A stretch of 64,000 nucleotides of DNA. Origin: Anthoceros angustus (taxonomy: Eukaryota; Plantae; Anthocerotophyta). The stretch lies in NCBI GenBank assembly GCA_010909165.1, contig MU008160.1, positions 2,170,001 to 2,234,000 of the forward strand. The letters run 5' to 3'. Under the pieces are notes generated by a model. It had not been told where the DNA came from. It saw only the letters and a list, made by a program, of their open reading frames with translations, and searched no databases. This document shows, piece by piece, positions 25,800-37,838 of the stretch; the first letter of the stretch is position 1, and every line of letters starts with the position of its first letter. Both the position numbers and the translations under genes were made by a program.

Positions 25800-26629
25800 C
25801 CAAAACTAAACCCTATGATGGGAACCACACCTAAATCTAAAGATAAGACATTTTGGACATGTATGTGAAACGGGCTCCAAAAACCCCTGCTTTTGACCAC
25901 CCTTTACATAAATAGGATCACTTCTATTTTTGCACAGAATTGATCAACCTAAAAGTGCATGCACCCTCTTCGGTTCGCACAATTCTGACTTGCTCAAAAA
26001 CCATACCAAAAGAATGGGCTCTAGGAGGCAAACAATTTGATAAACAACCTTGAAAGAGTTAAATAAGTAATATCGGAATTTTGGCACCATAGTTACTATA
26101 GCTCTTTGGCGTAAAATGAAATATTCTGAAAGGTAAAATTATTATAATAAATATATAATTTAAAATTACCTGCCTACAAAAAGTTTAACCTATTAGGTAG
26201 TGGGCTGACTAACAGGCGATTAGGAGACTACCTAATAGTACCTAATGTGTCCAAATGGCTTAAGGACACACATTTATATGAACGTGGTTATTGAGTATCT
26301 TACGTTTAGGTACTTAGATGGGGTGCCTAGAGAGTGGAACCCCTTGGTGCTCTTTTAACTTAGGCACTCCATGGTACAAGTTGTGAAGTACCAATTTCTA
26401 TGATAAGAAAATTTCATCTAAGTGGACTATAATAGACTTCCTCTATTTCTTCTACTATGGTTGTCACTATCTATAAGTATGTGATAGTTATTATCTAGAA
26501 GTATGTACATGTGAGGCACATGTCCAATGTTCAAGGTTAGCATTCATGTGTCCAATATTCAAGGTGAAGTGACAACTCAAGCTTGATCTCATTAACCATA
26601 TAGGTAGTATACATATATATCTCTCATAT

Positions 26630-26745
26630 ACACACAAAAATAATTATATATAATTCTAGTATATATAATACTATTATAATTATATAATATAATTATATAA
26701 TATATAAGTTTATATATAATAGTATTATATATACACACATAAAAA
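26630..26745. repeat. AT-rich low-complexity (TATAAT-like) tract; second copy at ~28130-28255
   Basis: Almost pure A/T tatata/tataat words. Confidence 0.85.
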
Positions 26746-27067
26746 GAATACACTAAGTAGGTAAAGAAAATCTGAAGAAAAGGGACAAGCAACAAAGCAA
26801 TTATATATGACTGTTTTGTCCGTTGTCAAATCCTCATGATCTCATTATTTTGCCTGGCCCGTTAGCTAGTAATAAGTTTAATGATGAGTATTTCACGCCA
26901 TCGTCTGGCTGCCGCTACCAATTCTCGGTCCTCCTGGAAGGGGTATCCCTCACCGATGCCACTTGGGAACCCCTGTCTCACCTCACGAACGCCCGACATC
27001 TTGCGCCAAGATTTCACCAACACCACCTTCCTTCCTCCCTTCGTGGTAAGCTTCTTCCTGGGTGAGT

Positions 27068-27297
27068 TGTCACGACCCATGCCCTAACCATGACCTAAGC
27101 TACCGATCTCGGGAAAGCATAGTAACTTGAATCACGGGCCGTAGGATACGCGCCAAGTAGACGGCGCAATCAGGGCCCGTGATTGCATTCTTTCTCTTGT
27201 ATAAAGCCCGCGGCTCAGCTTAAGCAAATGATCTTTTTGTTGTGTGGAACCACTCCCCGGGTGTAGGTCCGCTCGGCCTAGTCCCATGACCATCACA
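27068..27297 (+). repeat. Second copy of the chromovirus 3' LTR (within the duplication)
   Basis: Direct repeat of 25583-25799. Confidence 0.8.
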
Positions 27298-27657
27298 CCA
27301 AAACTAAACCCTATGATGGGAACCACACCTAAATCTAAAGATAAGACATTTTGGACATGTATGTGAAACGGGCTCCAAAACCCCGCTTTGACCATTTTAC
27401 ATAAATAGGATCACTTCTATTTTTGCAATAATTGATCAACCTAAAAGTGCATGCACCCTCTTGATTCGCATAATCGACTTGCTCAAAACCATACCAAAAG
27501 AATGGGCTCTAGGAGGCAAACAATTTGATAAACAACCTTGAAAGAGTTAAATAAGTAATATCGAATTTTGGCACCATAGTTACTATAGCTCTTTGGAAAT
27601 GAAATATTACGAAAGGTAAAATTATTATAATAAATATATAATTTAAAATTACCTGCC

Positions 27658-27739
27658 TACAAAAAGTTTAACCTATTAGGTAGTGGGCTGACTAACAGCA
27701 GTTAGTCAGACTACTACCTAATAGGTTAAACTTTTTGTA
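27658..27739. repeat. 82-nt inverted repeat (hairpin)
   Basis: TACAAAAAGTTTAACCTATTAGGTAGT and ACTACCTAATAGGTTAAACTTTTTGTA are perfect 27-bp reverse complements, with an inner CTGACTAAC/GTTAGTCAG stem and an AGCA loop. Confidence 0.92.
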
Positions 27740-29748
27740 CCTAATGTGTGTCCAAATGGCTTAAGGCTAAATTGACACACATTTATATGAACGTGGTTAT
27801 TGAGTATCTTACGTTTAGATTGGTACTTAGATGGGGTGCCTAGAGGGAGTGGAACCCCTTGGTGCTAGTAACTTAGGCACTCCATGGTACAAGTTGTGAA
27901 GTACCAATTTCTATGATAAGAAAATTTCATCTAAGTGGACTATAATAGACTTCCTCTATTTCTTCTACTATGGTTGTCACTATCTATAAGTATGTGATAG
28001 TTATTATCTAGAAGTATGTACATGTGAGGCACATGTCCAATGTTCAAGGTTAGCATTCATGTGTCCAATATTCAAGGTGAAGTGACAACTCAAGCTTGAT
28101 CTCATTAACCATATAGGTAGTATACATATATATCTCTCATATACACACAAAAATAATTATATATAATTCTAGTATATATAATACTATTATAATTATATAA
28201 TATAATTATATAATATATAAGTTTATATATAATAGTATTATATATACACATACAAAAAGAATACACTAAGTAGGTAAAAGAAAATCTGAAGAAAAAGGGA
28301 CAAGCAACAAAGCAATTATATATGACTGTTTTGTCCGTTGTCAAATCCTCATGATCTCATTATTTTGCCTGGCCCGTTAGCTAGTAATAAGTTTAATGAT
28401 GAGTATTTCAAGGAGAACTAAGAGCTGAAACATTAGAGGCCTGAAGGATAAGATATCCTTGACATGACAGAGCCAGAGTCCAATATTCACAAGTTATCTG
28501 CAGTTGTAATCACAAACTTGCTTCTACTGGCGCTATAAACAGCAGCTGCAGCCGCGAAAGGGACCCTGTTGCGTATGTACACGAGAAGCCGGACGTTACA
28601 TGCGGAACGTTCAGAAACTAGCCGAATGAGGATTCCAGGCGAAGCCCGTAGAATAGGTGGAACTCTATAATCTAAAGCTCAGATAGCCCCTCGAGAGTGT
28701 GTAGTGCACATCTCAGCAACAGCACAGCCCGCGCTTTGAAGCCGGACACAAGAGGAAACAAGGTACCAGCCAAGCGCTGAGGAGCCATTGATACTGCTTC
28801 TTCGATTAGGGGAAACAAAGCTATGACCTAAGGACTTTGTATTGTGCGCGTTTGACACCTTTCAGCCCGAGACGTTCGCTTCCTACCTAGGCTTGGTGAA
28901 CCTACATGTGTACATATGTACGTGAACTCCAAGCGAGCGGCTATCGTTCCCCGTACCCGCTATCTTCCGGCGCCGGTGCCAGTGGGTGTGTGGATTAGTC
29001 GGGTATGTTCTACAAAACTCACTTAGGACGTCAGGAGTCCGTTCCTGCAGCTGCAGTAGCCACGGGGTTGCTTATCAGTCTGTCCTCCTATTTGTTGGGT
29101 GCAGGTTGTCCTACGCGTTATCGAGTATCGAAACACCAGCTTCACACGGAGGACTCACACCGCCCTGGCCCGGGGGCTATCCTGGGACGGCCTCAGTACG
29201 CGCGGCTGCGCATCAGCATATGTATTGATGCGAGTAAGCCAGACTTTTAGTATCGGCACAGTATTAGTGGGCGAAGGTGGATGGCATGCGTGGAGCTTGG
29301 TTAGGAGCTCTCTTGATTTGTGGATGCGGCATCAAGCATCACCCGCTCGTGTTATTTTGAGTCCCTCACCCGGCTACATCTGGCTGTCAGCTTTGAAGCG
29401 GCCACATGCTGTTGCTGTTCGCGTAGGTAAGGCAAAGTTGCAGCCTTTCTAACTCCCAGTTCGTCCTCACCAGGTCGGCTCCGCTTGCAACTCGTGCGTA
29501 CTCCGGACGGTAAATTGTGGGCCTTCCACTGTTGGCGAGCCTGCTGGATTTGCTGATCCTCTCACATTGGGCTTGCGGCACCAAATCTCAACTGCACAGC
29601 CGCGCGCCAGCCTTTGGGCAGTATGACCCTTGTACAGTACGTCATGGTCAGCGTGACCCTGAGGCCACCTATTCCGAGCTTCTAAACAGGAAGGTAGCCA
29701 GAGGGTAGACTGCCGTGCGGTGCCGTGTGTTGCCGTACCTGTGTGTAA

Positions 29749-32018
29749 ATGGCTGGCAACGAGGGATTCAATCCTAATGGTCTCAGGATACTCGTGGTGG
29801 ACGATAGTGAAGTTCAACTTCTTATTCTAAAGCACATGCTCGTAGGATGCTGCTACAATGGTTAGTTGCCCATGAATGTTGTGTACGTTATGCAGTTGCT
29901 TGGGCCTCCGCATTGTGCAATTGCATTATGGTTGTTTTTGCTATCCTTGTCGAGATGGTCGCTGTTGCTTTGTTTTTTTACTCTTCCCATTGGCTTTTTG
30001 CAATCATCTTGCCCATGCTGTCATAATGTTCTCTGGCCTGCTCTGCTGCCCTGGGACAGTTACAACAACTAATCGGGCGGAGGAAGCTCTTGCTATGTTG
30101 AGAGAGCATCCAGACAATTTTGATTTGGTCCTCAGTGATGTTATGATGCCGGACATGGACGGGTTCAAGTTGCTTGAAATGATAGGACTCACCATGGACT
30201 TGCCCGTCATTAGTGAGTTTGACTGGCTCGCAATGTTATTCCCTGCAATCGTGAATGTTAGCTTTCTTGTAACATGCCTGATGTTCTATTGGTTTTGTTG
30301 TGTATTCTGCAGTGATGTCTGCTAATGCGGAAACAAGTGTGGTTATGAAAGGAATTACGCATGGGGCATGTGACTACCTTATAAAGCCTGTAAGGATTGA
30401 GGAGTTGAAGAACATCTGGCAGCATGTCATTAGGAAGCGAGTGAAGGAACACTTAAAGGATGAAACTGTGGGGGATTCAGATGACATGGCAAGGACCCTA
30501 GGAGAACAAGATCAGTTTCCCAAGAAGCGAAAAGAAAAGTTCACTCCACAGGATGAACCGACAGAAGACATAAATAGTTTGAAAAAGGCTAGGGTGCTAT
30601 GGTCCAAGGAGCTTCATGAGCAATTTGTTCAAGCTGTCAACCATATTGGAATTGACAGTATGTGGGCAAATATTTTTGTTGTGCATTTTCATCTCTTTAC
30701 GCCTCCCGGCGAGTTAGGTGTCGTTTAGGGGATGTGGTGGTAATCTGTACTGTGATTCGTTGCTGCGAAATGACAGTGTGCCCTTAACTTGTTATGGACA
30801 GAGGCAGTGCCAACTCGAATTTTAGAAGTTATGAACGTTCAAGGACTCACTCGAGAAAATGTTGCCAGTCATTTGCAGGTTAGTTTGATGCACCCTGAGT
30901 GTCCGTGTACCATGTCAGATTGCAAGCTACCTTTGCTTGGTTGTGTTGTACGTGAACACAGAAATGTTCTAGTTTGTTATGGTGAAGGTTATAGTTTCAT
31001 GAGCAAGTGGCCTAAGGGCAAACTTATGTGGGTGAGGCCCAATGTTTCTAGGCTGTGCCGTCACTGCCGTTAAGGCCGATGGTTGAGTCATGTTGCCACC
31101 AGAAAAAAGTTTTATTTGGACGGGTGTGTACAGAAATATCGGATGTATCTGAAGCGGTTGAGTGGCATACCATTGCAACCGCACCCTGTAGCCTCATTCA
31201 AGGCTTCTGGATCTGGAGGTTTTGGAGGCGTAATGCACATCCAACCTGGAGGAAAGATCTCGGCTGCTTCGTCTGGATCCAAAGGAGTGAATCTTGGTTC
31301 TGGACCGAACTCCAACCTGGGAAGGGGGGGAGGCGGTGGTGCTCCAATCGATCAATCTACTCTACTCACTTTATCCCAGCTGCAAGAGAGGCAGAGGGCA
31401 GCTGCTCCAATAACTACAACAACAAATGCAGGGCAGATGAGCCTGGGATCGAATGTACGAGCTGCAGCTAACTGGCAGTTCCATCCTCTTCAAAGATTGA
31501 GCTCTGCCGAGCTGGACAATCTGATGTTTGCAGCCCACGAGGATTGTGTTGTACAGCAACAATTAAACTGCATACCAGTGATAAAAGATGACTTGGGATC
31601 GTCGCCTGGGTTGGGAACTATGAGGATTGGGGAAGATATGAGCGTATTGGCAGGCTTGGGGAACTTAGGCTCTGGAGAGATGGGAACTTTGGTGGACTTG
31701 AGGACCTCAAAAATGGAGCATGTAGAAGTGGCAGATGTAGGTGAGCTTGGCTTGGATAAATTTAGAGATTTTGGAAGCCCGTCCCCTTTGTCGACGGTTT
31801 CAACTATGAGTGGCGGACTAGGGTCGGAATCCAGCTTTGGAACTTACACGGAATTCGCAGCGGGTAGAGAATTTTTGGCTTCTTCACCGCCAGAATTTGG
31901 CCTACCTGTTGTAGGTAGTCTCTTCCAGAGCAAAGGGGATAGAAGCCGAGCAGGTGGGGGGGTTCCATATGGGTCACATTCCTTACACGGCCAAGAAGAG
32001 TTTGCTCGTCACAATTGA
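29749..32018 (+). CDS. RRB: Type-B response regulator (ARR-B-like; receiver + GARP/Myb-like DNA-binding domain + Gly/Ser-rich C-terminus), 523 aa
   Basis: Exons 29749-29860, 30060-30212, 30313-30657, 30802-30878 and 31134-32018 total 1572 nt in frame, with all introns GT..AG. Motifs: [26 protein letters not shown] (phospho-Asp), [61 protein letters not shown] further 3' exon cannot be excluded. Confidence 0.95.
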
Positions 32019-32811
32019 TACATGAACGTTTGGTACTTACCTCTCCCGGCTGCGGACGTCCTTTGCGCCGTGCATGTACAGTCCTAGGGAGGTTATTGCT
32101 ACTAATCTGCTGCGTGATAGTGATAGGTTGATGAAGTCGAAATGGTTTCGGTTCCCCTGCCAGATTTATTACTTATATTATCGTGCGGGTGAAATATCGG
32201 CTGCCCTCTATATTATGTGCGCTTTTAATATATATGTAGTGCCTATGTCCTTATCTTGCCGGTCTTGGACCACCGGGCGTCCCTAGCTAATTTTGTAATT
32301 ATATTGAAATGAACTCAAGTCCTAGCCAAGATGACATGGTTGGTGAACAGGCAATGGAGGGTACTCGGGCACGGAGGCCATCTCACCATTGGATATGTAG
32401 TGTCCGGCTTCAACATCATCTCCTTAGACTAAATTGTCTCGCCACATACAGTCCAGCCCCCCTAATTGGGACCTGGTTCGGAGTGCCTTTGTAGGTCCCA
32501 TTAAGGGAGGTGGCTCGATTAGATTTTTCTCCATTTAAAAGATAAGAAAATATTATATATTTTAAGCAAAATAAAAATATCCAAAATAAAGAAAATCCAG
32601 AATTTGATTGATAGGTTTGACTAAAAATAATTTTTATCTCTTCCCTACATAGTTGCTTGAAAGCTAGCACTCTCTCTAAGCAGCATTATAAACCTCTACC
32701 TATCATAAAGGAAAAAGCTTAAAGGAAAAAGCTTAGGTTAGGAGACTTCAATCACATCTAAAAGTCCATTGTGCTTGGAAGTAATCGACAACACTCCTTT
32801 GCACCCACAAT

Positions 32812-32903
32812 ACTTTGAGATGATGACTAATCACGTGTTCTTAAAGACATTAAGCAACTTTGAGATGATAACTAATCACGTGTTCTTAAAGACATTAAGC
32901 AAC
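32812..32903. repeat. 45-bp tandem duplication
   Basis: actttgagatgat(g/a)actaatcacgtgttcttaaagacattaagca occurs twice with one mismatch. Confidence 0.9.
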
Positions 32904-33405
32904 CCCAAAGAGCCAAAGAGTCAGTAGTGTCATGTGGCATTTGTATTAGGCTTATAAGTTCTTGCTACCTCCAAACTTTTGATGGCATCTTCCATAGTCT
33001 GTCGTGGTAGGGGTGGCATTGTTGCTACTTGACAATTATCAGAGGCTGAGGCACGCAACCCGAGAGTGGAGCAAGGAAAAAGAAACACATAATAATTGTA
33101 TTAAAAGAGTCAAAAGGCTTCTATACAAAATTGAGTCTAAGTTGAATAATGGTTTATATCTATTACGACATATGCAGCTAATTAGTGAGCATGGTTACTA
33201 GTAAACCCTAGAGGTCCATAGAGTCGGAGGTGCCAAGGACAAGAGAATCATAGCCGAGAAAGGAGCTAGCAGAAGCATCGAAAATGCCATTACCGGAATA
33301 ATAGCAGTAGGGACAACGATTCGATTGAGCCATAAAGCTTCATCCGTCAATGCATTGCGTCTCATATATGAAAAAACGAGATGGATTGTTGGTGGGTGGG
33401 CCAGC

Positions 33406-33743
33406 TATTGAGGATGCAGCTTACTGAGTTTGTTAAGATGGATATGACTATGCGTAAAAGATGTAGGTGATTGAGCTTACTATAAGTATATAGAAGTGGG
33501 TAAATGGGAAACATATACCCCATATTGAGTAGGAAACGTGAGTGACACTTTTAAAGTTTAAAAGGTGAGACCAACTAGCAATAGCACATTCAGCTCTTTG
33601 ACCATTGTCTTTGTGTTGTTTGCTCAAAGTAGCTCTTCATTTGTGTTTTAAGGCCTCGTTTAGGTGGTCTTAGTTTTACTGAACACTTGCTTTCTTAATA
33701 ACTCCTGACCCTCTTGAAGCATGGCTAGCTTCCAATATCAACA
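33406..33743 (+). repeat. Copia family G LTR (solo-like)
   Basis: T(A)TTGAGGATGCAGC...ATCAACA; same sequence as 34738-35072, 36829-37165 and 46489-46822. Confidence 0.9.
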
Positions 33744-33947
33744 AAAACAATAGTCAAAGAGTTGAACCTGCTATAGCTAGCTGGTCTCACCCTTTTAAAC
33801 CCTAAAAGTGTTACTCACGTTTCCTACTCAATATGGGGTATATGTTTCCCATTTACCCGCTTCTATATACTTATAGTAAGCTCAATCACCTACATCTTGT
33901 ATGCATAGTCATATCCATCTTAACAAACTCGAGCTGCATCCTCAACA
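33744..33947 (-). repeat. Truncated 3' LTR of Copia G, inverted relative to the adjacent LTR
   Basis: Reverse complement of the first ~200 bp of LTR G. On the minus strand it is preceded by the PPT AGTGGGAG (33948-33955) and the RNase H end. Confidence 0.9.
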
Positions 33948-36828
33948 CTCCCACTGCACACAGTTTGCCTTAATCCAACTACCTCTCTACACTTCTCAAA
34001 CTTGAACTTGCTCAAAGCCTTGGTCAAGAAATCTGCAGCCATATCCTCCGTTTTGCAATACTCAAATGTAACCTCCAACATTTCATACTTTCACGAACAA
34101 AGTGATGTTGGATATCAATATGCTTTGTCCTTGAGTTGTGCATAGGTTCTTGCTCAATGCCATGCTTCCTGGTTGTCACTTTGAAGAATAGTTGGCTGCA
34201 CTTGTTGATACCCAATTTCTTCCATGAACCTTCTCAACCAAATGGCTTCCTTTGTACCTTGTGTGGATGCCATGTACTCATCCTCCACTATAGACATTGC
34301 AGCTTGGTTGCTTTTGCTATTCCAACTAATGGCACCTCCCCTAGGATAAACACATATCCGGTTGTGGACCTTCGATCATCAAGATCGCTCCCCAATCCGA
34401 GTCACAATATCCAGCGATGCACGCCGTTCATTTGAACATACTTGGACATGCATTTGAACATGAAAACTCAAGGTACATGTCATGTGTGCCTTTCAAGTAC
34501 CTCATTATCCTCTTCACTGCAATCCAATGTGGCTTTCCAGGATTTTGCATATATTGGCTCACAACTCCTAGAGCTTTCCCAAGATCCGACGAGTTGCAAC
34601 CATGGCAAACATCAAACTGCCCTTGTCTGCAAAGGAATGTTCTTCATCTCCTCCTCCTCGTGATTGCTTGTAAGACATTGGTCTTTGCTAAGCCTCATAT
34701 ATGAAAAACGAGATGGATTGTTGGTGGGTGGGCCAGCTATTGAGGATGCAACTCGAGTTTGTTAAGATGGATATGACTATCGTAAAGATGTGGTGATTGA
34801 GCTTACTATAAGTATATAGAAGTGGGTAAATAAAACATATACCCCATATTGAGTAGGAAACGTGGTGACACTTTTAAAGTTTAAAAGGTGAGACCAACTA
34901 GCAATAGCACATTCAGCTCTTTGACCATTGTCTTTGTGTTTGTTTGCTCAAAGTAGCTCTTCATTTGTGTTTTAAGGCCTCGTTTAGGTGGTCTTAGTTT
35001 TGCAATTCTGAACACTTGCTTTCTTAATAACTCCTGACCCTCTTGAAGCATGGCTAGCTTCCAATATCAACAAAAACAATAGTCAAAGAGTTGAACCTGC
35101 TATAGCTAGCTGGTCTCACCCCTTTTTAAACCCTAAAAAGTGTTACTCACGTTTCCTACTCAATATGGGGTATATGTTTCCCATTTACCCACTTCTATAT
35201 ACTTATAGTAAGCTCAATCACCTACATCTTGTATGCATAGTCATATCCATCTTAACAAACTCAGTAAGCTGCATCGTCAACACTCCCACTCAGCGCACCT
35301 GAGTTTGCCTTAATCCAACTACCTCTCTACACTTCTCAAACTTGAACTTGCTCGAAGTCTTGGTAAAGAAATCTGCAGCCATATCCTCCGCTTTGCAATA
35401 CTCAAATGTAACCTCCAACGATTTCACTTTCACGAACAAAGTGATGTTGATATCAATATGCTTTGTCCTTGAGTTGTGCATGGTTCTTGCTCAATGCCAT
35501 GCTTCCTGGTTGTCACTTTGAAGAATAGTTGGCTGCACTTGTTGATACCCAATTTCTTCCATGAACCTTCTCAACCAAATGGCTTCCTTTGTAGCTTGTG
35601 TGGATGCCATGTACTCATCCTCCACTATAGACATTGCAACAGCTTGGTTGCTTTTGCTATTCCAACTAATGGCACCTCCCCTAGGATAAACACATATCCG
35701 GTTGTGGACCTCGATCATCAAGATCGCTCCCCAATCCGAGTCACAATATCCAAGCGTGTCGCTCATTTGAACATACTTGGACATTTGAACATGAAAACTC
35801 AAGGTACATGTCATGTGTGCCTTTCAAGTACCTCATTATCCTCTTCACGCAATCCAATGTGGCTTTCCAGGATTTTGCATATATTGGCTCACAACTCCTA
35901 GAGCTTTCCCAAGATCTGGACGAGTTGCAACCATGGCAAACATCAAACTGCCCTGCTTATGTCCGCAAAATGTTCTTCATCTCCTCCTCCTCGTGATTGC
36001 TTGTAAGACATTGGTCTTTGCTAAGCCTCATATCTAAGCAGGCGTTGCAATTGGCCTGCAATCAGTCATTCCAAAACGATCCAAGAGTTCCTCAATGTAC
36101 TTTTGTCCAAGCTTGATTGTTCTCCTCACCTGTCTCTAACCACTTGAATGCCAAGGCAATAGTTGAGCTCCCCAAGTCCTTCATTTCAAATTGTCTTGAC
36201 AACATCTCCTTTACCTCATTGATGGCATATATAGATGCGCTCAACAAAATGAGGTCATCCACGATATGGAGAACTTTGGATATGTAGATGCTCTCATTAG
36301 ATGTGCATTGTTGAAATCCTTGCTCCTTTAAGAAGGCAGTGATCTTCTCATACCAAGCTCTAGACCCTTGCTTCAATCCATAGAGAGCTTTCTTCAAATT
36401 GCACACCAAGCTCTCCTTGCCTTCTTCGATATACCTTTCAGGTTGCTCCATATAAATGTTCTCCTTCAAGTCTCCATTGAGAAATGCAGTTTTTACATTC
36501 ATTTGATGAGTCTCCGAATCATCAATTGCTCCCACTGCAAGTAAAGTCCTTATTGACACAAATTTGGCCACTGGAGCAAAAGTCTCATTGTAGTCGATGC
36601 CTTGTTCTTGGCTATATCCCTTCACCACCAATCTTGCCTTTTATCTCTCAATCTGACCACTAGAATCTCTCTTGATTCTAAACACCCATTTGCTCCCAAT
36701 AGCATTCCTTCCTGCAAGGAGGTTAATACCCATGTGTCATTCTTCCTCAACGACTTCATCTCATCATCCATAGCTTCTTTCCATTGCTTTGCATCCTTCC
36801 CTTGTAGTGCTTCAGCTATCATTCTTGG
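33948..36828 (-). mobile_element. Copia family G RT-RNase H (with 33360-34700 duplicated at 34700-36035)
   Basis: IAEALQGKDAKQWKEAMDDEM..KNDTW; VVKGYSQEQGIDYNETFAPVAK; KKALYGLKQGSRAWY; GYCDSDW; GGAISWNSK; HNSRTKHIDI; ADFLTK. Duplication junction with CTCATAT microhomology. Confidence 0.93.
34738..35282. repeat. Duplicate of the LTR G / inverted truncated LTR pair
   Basis: LTR at 34738-35072 (+) followed by an inverted arm at 35073-35282. Confidence 0.88.
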
Positions 36829-37165
36829 TGTTGAGGATGCAGCTTACTGAGTTTATTAAGATGGATATGAATATGCGTAAAAAATGTAGGTGATTGAGCT
36901 CACTATCAGTGTACAGAAGTGGGTAAATGGGAAACATATACCCCATATTGAGTAGGAAACGTGAGTAACACTTTTAAAGTTTAAAAGGCGAGACCAGCTA
37001 GCTATAGCAGGTTCAGCTCTTTGACTATTGTCTTTGTGTTGTTTGCTCAAAGTTGCTCTTCATTTGTGTTTTAAGGCATCGCTAGGTGGTCTTAGGTTTT
37101 GCACCTGAACACTTGCTTTCTTGACACTTGACCTCTTGAAGCATGGCTAGCTTCCAATCTCAACA
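36829..37165 (+). repeat. Copia family G LTR without matching TSD
   Basis: TGTTGAGG...TCTCAACA; the flanks CTTGG and GCCAG differ. Confidence 0.92.
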
Positions 37166-37838
37166 GCCAGCCATGTTCAGTTCGAGATGAGGCTGATATT
37201 CAATCGATGGCTTTCTGCAATTCGGAGGACCGTGGACTTGATAAAGCTTCCTTGTATGACATGGTGTGTTAGGTGGCTGCTTATTGTGAAACAGCACTTG
37301 ATAAAGCTTCCTTGTATGACATGGGTGTGTCGTGGGTCATTATTGTGGAAACAGCAGAGTTGATGAAGGTTGTGAAGCTAACTCGTGGTCGTTGCTCATC
37401 GTGTACTGTAGAGGATGGTATTGGGCCGTTGTGACCTTGAGGTAAGTATATCTCCGGTATGTAAGGAAGCTCCTTCCATTCCGACGGGGACGATGTGGCC
37501 TAGTTGAATGTCGAGGAAGGTCAAGTGGTATCCATAGGTATTAGTGTCTTAGGGTCCCGCATATCATGTCGAAAGCGAGTGGGGTCGACAAAAGGGAGCT
37601 AAGGAATGTCTAAAGGTTGAGAGTCCTGCCTGCATAGAGTCTAGGAGACAAATGATTCGTGTTCGTGGAAAAGTATACACGTCATTAGGATCGAGGGCTC
37701 GGAGGAAAACGGCCATAGATGGTAGGTTGAGGTAAGGGGCATGGTTGTTAAAAGACTCAAGGTGAGTACGGAGGATGAAACTCTTATTAAAGCCAAAGGT
37801 GCTAAAGTAAGTTGTTGTGTAGTTGGGTTGAAGAGCTT
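37166..37838 (-). pseudogene. Fragment of another Copia (integrase C-terminus to RT N-terminal linker)
   Basis: Minus strand reads KLFNPTTQQ and MSYKEALSS twice (60-bp duplication at 37236-37355), then ..QKAID. Confidence 0.65.

Larger units (their letters stand above)
25405..28410. repeat. Head-to-tail duplication of ~1.5 kb (chromodomain + LTR + AT-rich DNA)
   Basis: 25405-26895 is repeated at 26895-28410. Both copies end in aataagtttaatgatgagtatttca and differ mainly by small indels. Confidence 0.9.

Noticed and set aside
26320-26372. Small hairpin as a Helitron 3' end
   Set aside because: No CTRR terminus at the expected distance, and no 5' TC end or RepHel sequence could be identified.
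31083-31133. N-terminus [17 protein letters not shown] of the 311-aa ORF as coding
   Set aside because: It lies in intron 4; splicing at CAG|AAATAT (31134) restores the canonical SHLQKYR motif.
33230-33360. ALTDEALWLNR on the minus strand as a Copia RNase H remnant
   Set aside because: A single short motif with no flanking support.
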